59,346 bases of DNA from Gammaproteobacteria bacterium (GTDB taxonomy: Bacteria > Pseudomonadota > Gammaproteobacteria > Acidiferrobacterales > SZUA-150), in assembly GCA_029880755.1 (NCBI GenBank), contig JAOUNW010000001.1, positions 1-59,346 of the forward strand, read 5' to 3'. The notes below the pieces were generated by a model. It had not been told where the DNA came from and ran no database searches. It was given only the letters and a program-made list of their open reading frames with translations. The position numbers and the translations under genes are program-made. How positions within the stretch are numbered: the stretch's first letter is position 1; each line of letters starts with the position of its first letter. This document shows positions 36,026 to 44,494 of the stretch, one piece after another.

Positions 36026-36460
36026 TTGAGGCGATGGTTTGTATTGACCGCAGTGTTGGTAACACAGTTATGGACATTCGTTTTTGCCAACGAAATAACG
36101 GTGTATAAAAGCCCAAGCTGCGGGTGTTGCAAGAAATGGGTTACCCACCTGGAGCAGAATGGGTTTATTGTCACTTCCCATGATGTCGAATCAATTGTGC
36201 CTGTTAAACAGAAACATGGCGTCTTACCCCAGTTGGGATCCTGTCACACTGGCCTGATTGACGGTTATGTCATTGAAGGTCACGTGCCGGCGGATGACAT
36301 CAAGCGCCTATTAAAAGAAAAGCCTGCTGTCGCCGGCCTGGCAGTACCGGGTATGCCGGTGGGCACCCCGGGCATGGAACAGGGTAACCGTAAGGATTCT
36401 TATCAGGTGTTGAGTTTTGATCGTAGCGGCAATATTCAGGTGTTTGCTGAATACAAATAA
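36026..36460 (+). CDS. DUF411-family metal-binding protein (copper-resistance associated)
   Basis: Signal peptide. CGCC motif (YKSPSCGCCKKW). SCHTGLIDGYVIEGHVPA and GLAVPGMPVGTPGME blocks. TTG start with GGAGG upstream. Confidence 0.85.
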   Translation: MRRWFVLTAVLVTQLWTFVFANEITVYKSPSCGCCKKWVTHLEQNGFIVTSHDVESIVPVKQKHGVLPQLGSCHTGLIDGYVIEGHVPADDIKRLLKEKPAVAGLAVPGMPVGTPGMEQGNRKDSYQVLSFDRSGNIQVFAEYK

Positions 36461-36514
36461 AATCAATTGTTACTTGAAACTTTCAACTCCGGGGACGCTT
36501 CTGGAGATTAAAAT

Positions 36515-36546
36515 AAGACCAGGATTTTTCATCCTGGCCTTATTTT
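36515..36546. terminator. Bidirectional hairpin terminator between convergent genes
   Basis: aagaccaggat/atcctggcctt stem with an A-run upstream and a T-run downstream. Confidence 0.6.
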
Positions 36547-36577
36547 GATGCCTTACTCGGTATTGGGATGGCGGCTA

Positions 36578-36946
36578 TCAGAACCACGCCGTCTGACGTT
36601 GCTGATTTTCCTCCAGGATGGCCGCTGCACCCATCCACTGCGCGTTGTCTGCCATGTTGTCGTTGGAGACACCGTGCGTTTTTGCACAGGGCGGGCAAAC
36701 ACCGATCTTGCCCCCGCTTTCCTTAAAGGTTTCCATTAAGTCGCGAATAGGCGGAAAGCTTCTCGGAATCAGGTGATCGTAGGCGCCTTTTTTGGCTAAT
36801 TGCACACCTTCCAGGGTCAGCCACAACAGGACATCGCTACCCATGGCCAGGGCATTGTTGGCCAGTACCAGCGGCACGGCTACCCGATCCGGGTCTTTAT
36901 CAAAACCCGTGATAGTGAAGGACAGTTTAGTTTGTGCCTGTGTCAT
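36578..36946 (-). CDS. DsrE/DsrF-like family protein
   Basis: About 120 aa with the pattern ...VLLWLTLEGV.L......GGKIGVCPPCA...G... typical of the DsrE fold. AGGAGA precedes the ATG at 36946. Confidence 0.7.
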   Translation of the reverse strand: MTQAQTKLSFTITGFDKDPDRVAVPLVLANNALAMGSDVLLWLTLEGVQLAKKGAYDHLIPRSFPPIRDLMETFKESGGKIGVCPPCAKTHGVSNDNMADNAQWMGAAAILEENQQRQTAWF

Positions 36947-36985
36947 ATTTATTCTCCTGGCATGTGCAGTTATCAAACCGCTAAT

Positions 36986-37774
36986 TTACTTTTTAATGGC
37001 TAACAGGGAAATGCTCTTTACCCCGTAAGTCTCTGTTGCCCAGGTAGCGCCATCGGAAATGAAGTGGTACTCGGGATTGTCCTGAACGTGCACGACGTCA
37101 AATCCGGCAGCCTCAATGGTTTTTACGTAATCATCTTGTTGCATGGCACCGCCGATGCAGGCTGCCCAAAGTGTGGCGTTACAGGTAATGCGTTCCGGTA
37201 AATGCTTTTCAGTAACAATATCTGATAATGCCAGTTTACCGCCCTTTTTCAGCAAGCGATGAGCTTCTGCAAATACTGCCAGCTTGTCGGATGCCAGATT
37301 GACTACACCGTTACTGATTGTGGCATCAAACATTCCAGTTGGCAGGCCTGTATCATCAATATAGGCTTTCTTGTAGGAAACATTACAGAATCCAACTTCG
37401 TCACGTAAACGTGTGGCTTTGGACAGTTGTTCGTCTGTCATGTCCACGCCTATTACAGCGCCGCCATGTCCTACCTGAACAGCCGCGACAAAGGTATCCA
37501 TGCCGGAGCCGCTGCCCAAGTCCACTACTCGTTGATTAGGCTTGAGATCAAGATGATCGAAGTAATAGCCGACGCCGGCAAACGATTCGATAGACTCCTG
37601 GGGGACCTGATCCAGATCCTGAGGCCGATAACCCAGTCGTTCGGCCATCACCCGGCCCATTTCAAAATGAAACTCGCTCTCAGGGTATAGCGCTACTGCG
37701 CGGTACATTTTCTTAACGTGCTGTTCCAGCTCGGTTTCGTTGACTTTATTGTCAATTTTCAGTGCAAGACTCAT
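36986..37774 (-). CDS. Class I SAM-dependent methyltransferase, ArsM/AS3MT-like
   Basis: SAM motif VVDLGSGSGMD. An ArsM-like C-terminal block LWAACIGGAM..DDY...IEAAGF. The start is set at MSLALK, Met 24 of the ORF (coordinate derived from the ORF track). Confidence 0.75.
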   Translation of the reverse strand: MSLALKIDNKVNETELEQHVKKMYRAVALYPESEFHFEMGRVMAERLGYRPQDLDQVPQESIESFAGVGYYFDHLDLKPNQRVVDLGSGSGMDTFVAAVQVGHGGAVIGVDMTDEQLSKATRLRDEVGFCNVSYKKAYIDDTGLPTGMFDATISNGVVNLASDKLAVFAEAHRLLKKGGKLALSDIVTEKHLPERITCNATLWAACIGGAMQQDDYVKTIEAAGFDVVHVQDNPEYHFISDGATWATETYGVKSISLLAIKK

Positions 37775-37926
37775 AACGGTATCCTCTCTAGCGTATGTGG
37801 TTAGAAAAATTCTGTTGTTTCTACCAAGACGCAATCGAGTCAAAAGGGTTCCCGAGACCGGGTGCGAGCAGGAATAAGATTTACCGCCGGGATTACTGTT
37901 ACCCCGGGTTTAACTGAGATGCGCTG

Positions 37927-38970
37927 TTATACGGCTTTTTGCAGGGATTGCAGGGAGACGGAATGACACAAAAAGGCATCGACACAGTCCGGGTCGAAGT
38001 GTTTCCCGCGCTCATGTTCAAGATATTTTAGCGCTTGCGCGACTAACCATGGGGTCTTGTAGGGCCGGGTGGAAGTGAGGGCATCATAAACATCGGCAAC
38101 CGCCACAATCCGGGCCGACAGCGGTATATCTGTTCCGGAAAGGCGGTCGGGATAACCGCTGCCATCAAAACGCTCGTGGTGACACAAGGCAATGGTTGCG
38201 CCCATCCTGACATACTTGGATTTGCTGTCCTTGAGGATGTTGTAACCAATGACTGTATGTTTTTGCATAAGCCGTTTTTCCTGGGCCGTGTGGCGCCCGG
38301 GTTTTAAAAGAATGTGGTCTGGGATGCCGATCTTGCCAATGTCATGCATAGGCGCGGCCTGTTCAATCAGGTTGCATTGTTCTCGCGGCAGGTTCAATGT
38401 CTGGGCAATCAATCGGGAATAGCTGGCAAGGCGGTTGATATGGTTGCCTGTTTCTTCGTCCCGGAACTCACCGGCTTTGGCCAGTAACTTGAGTGTTTCT
38501 TTCTCTCGGTCGTTGGTTTCTTTCACCGCGCTGCGAACTCGGCCCTCAAGCCAATCTGCCTTGTCCCGGATGATCGATTGCTGCCGATTTAACCTGAGTA
38601 AAGTTTGACAGCGCACTTTGAGTTCAATGGCGTCATAGGGCAGGCTGAGAAAATCTGTTACTCCGACTTCCACTAATGGCGGACGCAGATCAATGCTGGT
38701 TTCAGGCATGGCCGCCAATACTGGCACATCGTGCAGTTTGTAAGAGGCGCGGAAGAATCTGAGTAATGATAAAGAGTGGCTAATGTTGTCTGTGGTTAAT
38801 TCGAGAATGAGTAATGAGGGTATGACGTTGTCGGTGGCATCTACCGCTGCCCGCCAGGTGGGAAATACCAGCAGATTGACATGGTCCCCGAAAATCGCTG
38901 ACAGCGGAGTGGTGATTGTTGGAACCGGAGACGCACCGGGGACCACAAAGATATGCTGTCTATTTTCCAT
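37927..38970 (-). CDS. HD-GYP c-di-GMP phosphodiesterase with a degenerate N-terminal receiver domain
   Basis: HDIGKIGIP ... HHERFDGSGYP. The receiver-like N-terminus lacks the acidic pair (VVPGAS). It has Glu at the phospho-acceptor position (LILELT) and Leu where the conserved Lys should be. Confidence 0.85.
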   Translation of the reverse strand: MENRQHIFVVPGASPVPTITTPLSAIFGDHVNLLVFPTWRAAVDATDNVIPSLLILELTTDNISHSLSLLRFFRASYKLHDVPVLAAMPETSIDLRPPLVEVGVTDFLSLPYDAIELKVRCQTLLRLNRQQSIIRDKADWLEGRVRSAVKETNDREKETLKLLAKAGEFRDEETGNHINRLASYSRLIAQTLNLPREQCNLIEQAAPMHDIGKIGIPDHILLKPGRHTAQEKRLMQKHTVIGYNILKDSKSKYVRMGATIALCHHERFDGSGYPDRLSGTDIPLSARIVAVADVYDALTSTRPYKTPWLVAQALKYLEHERGKHFDPDCVDAFLCHSVSLQSLQKAV

Positions 38971-39197
38971 TACTCCTCGAAGGTATTATTAATATTTTTT
39001 TAAAGTAGATTTCTACAAATAGTCGATCCTGGTGACTATGTAAAGAGTTAATTTGTAATGGTTTATTACCAGAAATTAATCACGGAATAAGCTTGCACCA
39101 AAAGCGTTCATCGAATGATTTATATCAACAACACCGAACCATATATTTTGTCAGCAGGCTCCGGAACTCGTTGCGAAAGCCAGCCGACTTGGAGCTG

Positions 39198-39923
39198 TTA
39201 GCTCCGGGGCCGCTGATACCAGAATCCACACAAGAGTTTATACCGAACTGCAAAGGGAAATACCGTCAAGACAATTAGCAGCACCAGTTGCTGCCAAATG
39301 TTGTACCACACCAGCTTACGTCCTGAGGAAACCGCGCGTGGAGAGCTAATAATGCGAAAGTCCCGGCCGAAGTTTTTGCCGCGGCGTTTCAGGCAGCGGG
39401 ATAACCAGATTTCTTCGCTGGCATATACCTTCTCACTGAAGCCGCCACAAGCAGTAAAATCCTCCTGCAGACAATACACGAAGCAGCCGGCCGCAAGACG
39501 CATTCTCGCCGACAAGCGATTCCAGGATTCCAGCCCAAAGCGGGCGGCTCGGGTCAGGGGAGTGTCGAAGTCAACCAAGGCGCCGCCTCCGCAGCACTGG
39601 CCTGATGCCAGGTTATCGATAGCCTGTTGCAATAACGCCGGTTCCACCCGGGTATCGGCGTCAACGAAGATCAAGTAACGTCCGCTGGCCTGGCGAGCCC
39701 CTGTATTGCGAGCACGTGAAATTTGGTTAATGGGCTCAAACACCACCGCAGCACCATGTGTCCGGGCAATGTCAGCAGTGGCATCGGTGGAGTTGTTGTC
39801 GGTAACAATGACCTCGCCGCGTAAAGCGATACCCGCCATGGCGGCGTTAAGGCTGTTAAGTGTTCGGGCCAGCATGGTTTGCTCGTTGTAGGCCGGGATA
39901 ATGATGGAGTAGTCTGCTGGCAT
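39198..39923 (-). CDS. Family-2 glycosyltransferase
   Basis: IIIPAYNE ... DNNSTD ... FVDADT (DxD), with a C-terminal TM segment. Confidence 0.85.
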   Translation of the reverse strand: MPADYSIIIPAYNEQTMLARTLNSLNAAMAGIALRGEVIVTDNNSTDATADIARTHGAAVVFEPINQISRARNTGARQASGRYLIFVDADTRVEPALLQQAIDNLASGQCCGGGALVDFDTPLTRAARFGLESWNRLSARMRLAAGCFVYCLQEDFTACGGFSEKVYASEEIWLSRCLKRRGKNFGRDFRIISSPRAVSSGRKLVWYNIWQQLVLLIVLTVFPFAVRYKLLCGFWYQRPRS

Positions 39924-40045
39924 GACAGGAGTTTAGCCGAAACCGGCCAGCGCGGCTGGAAAAGGGGATACCGGACTCAGGTTTGGCGCTGAGATATTGG
40001 GTTCAGCCAATATGCCATGGCGCGATCTGACCGGGCAAGAATGCT

Positions 40046-40309
40046 CTAGCGGCGGCCTCGGCCCTTTTTGCGGTTATCATCAAGGGCGACTTTTAGGCAT
40101 TTGTCGCCAAAGAATTTTCCGTTCAGGCCGGCGACAGCGGCACGCGCCTCGTGGCCTTCCATTTCCACATTACCAAAGCCCCTGCATTTCCCTGAAAAGA
40201 CATCGGTTACTAACTTTATAGAGCGGACCGTGCCATATTCCGCAAACAGGCTGCTGACGGTATCTTCGGTGGCGTCAACCGGTAAGTTTCCTACAAACAT
40301 TTTCAGCAA
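40046..40309 (-). CDS. RRM (RNP-1) domain RNA-binding protein, paralogue of 30395..30664
   Basis: RNP2 MFVGNL and RNP1 RGFGNVEM, with a basic tail. The TTG start at 40309 has GAGGA 7 nt upstream. An alternative ATG lies at 40300. Confidence 0.85.
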   Translation of the reverse strand: MLKMFVGNLPVDATEDTVSSLFAEYGTVRSIKLVTDVFSGKCRGFGNVEMEGHEARAAVAGLNGKFFGDKCLKVALDDNRKKGRGRR

Positions 40310-40327
40310 TAGATTGTCCTCGAAAAG

Positions 40328-40362
40328 CGGGAAGCACCACGCAGCGAATGCGTGGTGCTTGG
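40328..40362 (-). terminator. Intrinsic terminator/attenuator between csp and RRM genes (second module)
   Basis: The minus strand reads AAGCACCACGC-loop-GCGTGGTGCTT followed by CCCGCTTTTCG. Confidence 0.6.
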
Positions 40363-40383
40363 CTACCGTTACCGCGGGGGCAG

Positions 40384-40590
40384 TTAGCCCGCGACTTTAA
40401 CCTGGGTCGCCTGTGGCCCCTTGGGACCGTTTTCAATTTCAAATTCCACTTGCTGGCCTTCCTTTAATGTACGAAAGCCATCGCTCTTGATTGCGCTGAA
40501 ATGAACAAATACGTCCTTGCCGCCATCGCTGGGTGTTATAAAGCCAAAACCCTTTGATTCGTTGAACCATTTCACTGTACCTGTACTCAT
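40384..40590 (-). CDS. CspA-family cold-shock protein, paralogue of 30111..30311
   Basis: [20 protein letters not shown]...VFVHF. The internal ATG at 40590 gives the canonical 68-aa length. Confidence 0.95.
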   Translation of the reverse strand: MSTGTVKWFNESKGFGFITPSDGGKDVFVHFSAIKSDGFRTLKEGQQVEFEIENGPKGPQATQVKVAG

Positions 40591-41192
40591 GCAAGAAACC
40601 TCATATAACAAAATAAATAGAATGTGTGTATTGCCGAACTGCCAGGATAGAAACAGGCGTAAATCGAAAACGAAGGCGTCTGAATTAACCTTGGAAAACA
40701 AGCAATGACAGAAGTTTAACCGAAATCCGCCGAAAAATGATACTGTCCGCTGAATTTCCCTCATTTCAATTACTTGTGGTCAGGCGATTAAGGATGATGC
40801 TGGGTGTTTTCGGGAGTTAAGGGCTGGCTTTCTATTCGTGCTACTTCTCCGGGGTGCGATTGCGAAGAATATGCGGACAAGATTTTTTATGATGATTGGG
40901 TGCAGGAAGCAGGGTCACGATTCAAACCCATACAGATCATCAGATATTTCCCCGGCGAGCCGGTTAAATTTTAGAAAGTGTTGCCATGCCAAATACTTTG
41001 CTACGGATAAAATTGACCGAATAATCGTCCGTCAAAACAGTCATCCATAATCAACAAAGAGGTAGCGCTTTTCCCTAAACTGGGGTTAGAATAATTCCAG
41101 CACGATTTTTGTTTCCGAAAGGTCGGGCACCCAATATAAAAAGCTAACCGGGCAATATAATTCCGGGAGCGAAGGTTTTTTAGGAGGAAGTC

Positions 41193-41978
41193 ATGGAGAA
41201 GAAATATTCCGGCTATTGTGCTGGCGTTGCCCTGGTATCTGCATGTTTATCTCAATCGGTGGCTGCCATGATGGTTGATGTTACCGGCTCATTTGATGCC
41301 ACCAGTCTTACGCATACTCATTATATCTACGACCGCTTTTATAATCAGGATAATCTTGATCCTGCGCCTGTCACTTTGCCGGGAAATCTTGGGGCAACGA
41401 CCAACTCCGTAGCCTATTTCGGCTGGGGTATCGATTTAACCGACAGCATTATCCAGCAGCAGGCTATCCAGAGTCATTTTTGGTTTAATGGTACGGGAAG
41501 TGTGGGTGGTGCTGCCTCTGCCAGCGTTCTGTCGGGCGATACCTTTTCTCTGGGTACCTTTACCTATACGAATGAACAGACGGTTTTTTCGGGAGGGTTG
41601 GTTCAGATCGATTTTCTGATGGATATCAGTATCGAAGGTATGGTGCTGGCAAACACATTGTATCGTCTTGAGATTGATAATACCGTTAATTCGTCATCCA
41701 CACCGGAAGACACGGCACGTTTATTAAATCCTCTGCCGGATCCAAAGATTTTTAATCTGGGTGGTGTGGATTATCAATTGGTGTTTAATGGTTTCTCGCG
41801 AGATGGTGGCCTGACGTTTGAAACGCAAGCGACGTTGGCGGAAGGTGACCGGACCAGTGCTGAGATCTTTGCCACTATTTCACAAGTAACTGTTGTGCCA
41901 ATACCTGCCGCTGTGTGGCTATTCGGTTCCGGTCTGCTGGCCCTCATGGGGCTGGCGCACCGAAAACCGTGGCGTTAG
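41193..41978 (+). CDS. PEP-CTERM/VPLPA-CTERM-type sorting-domain protein
   Basis: Signal peptide. The C-terminus reads VVPIPAAVWLFGSGLLALMGLAHRKPWR. AGGAGG precedes the ATG. Confidence 0.75.
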   Translation: MEKKYSGYCAGVALVSACLSQSVAAMMVDVTGSFDATSLTHTHYIYDRFYNQDNLDPAPVTLPGNLGATTNSVAYFGWGIDLTDSIIQQQAIQSHFWFNGTGSVGGAASASVLSGDTFSLGTFTYTNEQTVFSGGLVQIDFLMDISIEGMVLANTLYRLEIDNTVNSSSTPEDTARLLNPLPDPKIFNLGGVDYQLVFNGFSRDGGLTFETQATLAEGDRTSAEIFATISQVTVVPIPAAVWLFGSGLLALMGLAHRKPWR

Positions 41979-42006
41979 AGCATCGGTAACCCAAAAACCA
42001 AAAAAA

Positions 42007-42046
42007 TCGCCCATCCCGGTTACGTCAGGATGGGCGAGGCTTTTTT
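42007..42046. terminator. Bidirectional rho-independent terminator
   Basis: tcgcccatcc/ggatgggcga stem flanked by an A-run and a T-run, between convergent genes. Confidence 0.7.
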
Positions 42047-42069
42047 AACGTTTTAATTTCCGCGGTTAA

Positions 42070-43326
42070 TTACGCTGCCTTCTTGCTGGTTCTTCGGCGA
42101 GCATTATTTGGCCGTTGTTTGAAAGCCACCTTCGGTTTTGATTTTTTCCATTTGTTGTTAGGTCTTTTCCTGGCTCCACGCTGTTCCGAAACAGTGGGTT
42201 CCAGGCCGGGAATCACTTCTCTGGCGAGTTTGTTGCCGGTCAGACGTTCAATGCCCGCCAGTTTCCCTCGATCGGATGATGCCACCAGTGAAATAGCAAC
42301 ACCTTGTTCACCACCCCGACCTGTGCGGCCGATGCGGTGAATGTAGTCTTCTGCGACCATGGGTAGGTCAAAGTTAATAACATGGCTGATGCCCCGGATA
42401 TCCAGACCACGTGCCGCCACATCGGTGGCAACTAGAAACTTTACCTTGCCTCCGCGCATACGTTCTACTGTGCGTTTTCTTTGCCCTTGGCCCATATCGC
42501 CGTGCAGCGCCGCGCTGGCGTGGCCGAGTCCGATCAGAGTCTTGGACAGTTTGTCAGCACCACGTTTGGTGGCAGTGAAAATAACCGCCTGCCGCAATTC
42601 CTCGCTGGTAAGATAATGAGATAACACATCGTGTTTATGATTCTCATTGTCGACGTGATGTATACGTTGTGTAATGGAAGCGTGCTGGACTGTGTTGGCC
42701 GCCAGTGCAACCCGTACCGGGTCCTTTAACAGTTGTTTGGCAATAGTAAGAACTTTGCCTTCCAGGGTCGCGGAGAACAACAGCGTCTGCCGGTCTGCGG
42801 GTGTCGCCTTGGCGATCATTTTGACGGCATCAACAAAACCCATATCAAGCATGCGATCGGCTTCGTCAAGTATGAGAATCTCCAGACGGGAAAAATCCAC
42901 CCGGCCTGATTCCATGTGATCCATTAAACGTCCCGGTGTTGCCACCAAAAGATCCAGGGGTTGACGCAATAACTTCATCTGCGGTGGATAGGGCATGCCG
43001 CCAACGACGCTGCCATTGGTGAAACGGGAGAAACGGCCGAACTGGCGGATATTATCGTTGACCTGCATGGCCAACTCGCGCGTGGGTGTCAGCACCAGTA
43101 CGCGGGGGCCATTGCCTTTCTTTTTGGTTGGGGTTAGCAGGCGCTGTAGTGCCGGTAGAACAAAGGCGGCGGTTTTGCCTGTGCCTGTTTGGGCCGATGC
43201 CATAATATCGCGTCCATTAAGGATGGGCGGAATAGCTTCACGCTGGATATCAGTGGGCTGGGTAAAGTTGCTGGCTTCGATGGCCTTCAACAAATTGGCG
43301 TCAAGATTAAAATTCTGAAAAGACAT
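42070..43326 (-). CDS. DEAD-box ATP-dependent RNA helicase (second copy, RhlE-like)
   Basis: [15 protein letters not shown] and [10 protein letters not shown], with a basic C-terminal tail. The start is set at MSFQNFNL (43326). Confidence 0.9.
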   Translation of the reverse strand: MSFQNFNLDANLLKAIEASNFTQPTDIQREAIPPILNGRDIMASAQTGTGKTAAFVLPALQRLLTPTKKKGNGPRVLVLTPTRELAMQVNDNIRQFGRFSRFTNGSVVGGMPYPPQMKLLRQPLDLLVATPGRLMDHMESGRVDFSRLEILILDEADRMLDMGFVDAVKMIAKATPADRQTLLFSATLEGKVLTIAKQLLKDPVRVALAANTVQHASITQRIHHVDNENHKHDVLSHYLTSEELRQAVIFTATKRGADKLSKTLIGLGHASAALHGDMGQGQRKRTVERMRGGKVKFLVATDVAARGLDIRGISHVINFDLPMVAEDYIHRIGRTGRGGEQGVAISLVASSDRGKLAGIERLTGNKLAREVIPGLEPTVSEQRGARKRPNNKWKKSKPKVAFKQRPNNARRRTSKKAA

Positions 43327-43634
43327 AAGTACTCCGGATTTGCCTTTTACGGACAAACCAAAACGAACGATTGAATACTGAACTTGGGACGGGATGTCCG
43401 GTGGAAATCACGTAACCTGGTTCACTTAAATACCGCTAAGGGTATTGTTAACGCCGCTAACCAGGAAATCATTGAAGTAGAAACAACGGGGAGGTCAGAA
43501 ACGTCTACTCCTCTAAGGAGTGGGCGCACTATACGCAGTTAAGGGGGGCGGCACAAGAGAAATAAATAGTCTATGATCCGGGGTCCCGGGAAGCCCCTTT
43601 TCCGCTATTTCGGCGGATTTTGCGATAAAGGTCT

Positions 43635-44480
43635 ATGTTAAGTTATTTGCACAGTTACCACGCCGGCAATTTTGCCGATGTAGTTAAACATGTGACCCTG
43701 GTTGGGTTATTGCAGGCCATTTTACGTAAGGATACGCCTTGTTATGTGCACGACAGTCATGCTGGCCGCGGTCTGTATCATTTTAGTAGCCGGGAATCAC
43801 TGCAGGGACGCGAATTCGAAAATGGTATTGGCCGTTTGTGGCAGGTGCAGCAGGCACCGGAGCTGATCCAGCAATATCTGGCATTGGTACAGCGTTACAA
43901 TACTAAACCCGGCGAACTGCTTCATTATCCGGGTTCGCCGGCGATTGCCCAGGCCATGCTACGGCAAACGGATCGGCTACTGCTGACGGAACTGCATCCC
44001 ATGGAATATGAGCGACTTGTTAAACAGTTCAGTCCTGACAGGCGTATTCGGATTGATCAGCAAGATGCCTATCAAGGCCTAAAGGCCTTTCTGCCGCCTG
44101 CTGAGCGTCGAGGCTTGGTGTTAATCGACCCCGCCTATGAAAGAAAAGATGAATACGAACATGTCATCACCGGCCTGATTCAGGCCCACAAGCGTTGGGC
44201 CAATGGCATCTATGTTATTTGGTATCCCGTTATGTCCAGGGCGTTACAAGCGCGCTTTATTGAGGCGTGCAAGGCAGCAGACATACCGAAAATGCTGCAC
44301 GCGGAATTTATGACAAAGGCGTTCTCCTATAGTCTGGATTTTGTCGGTTGTGGTGTTGTGATCGTTAATCCGCCATGGAAACTGGATAAGACATTGGAAG
44401 AAAACCTTGACTGGTTGCTGCCTGTATTGCAGCAGGGACCAGGCGCTCGCACCCGGGTGCAATGGATTGTGCCTGAATAG
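43635..44480 (+). CDS. rlmJ: 23S rRNA (adenine2030-N6)-methyltransferase RlmJ
   Basis: The N-terminus MLSYLHSYHAGNFADVVKH and the internal DPAYE motif (IDPAYERKDEY) are characteristic of RlmJ. Confidence 0.9.
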   Translation: MLSYLHSYHAGNFADVVKHVTLVGLLQAILRKDTPCYVHDSHAGRGLYHFSSRESLQGREFENGIGRLWQVQQAPELIQQYLALVQRYNTKPGELLHYPGSPAIAQAMLRQTDRLLLTELHPMEYERLVKQFSPDRRIRIDQQDAYQGLKAFLPPAERRGLVLIDPAYERKDEYEHVITGLIQAHKRWANGIYVIWYPVMSRALQARFIEACKAADIPKMLHAEFMTKAFSYSLDFVGCGVVIVNPPWKLDKTLEENLDWLLPVLQQGPGARTRVQWIVPE

Positions 44481-44494
44481 TCTTGTTCGAGCTT

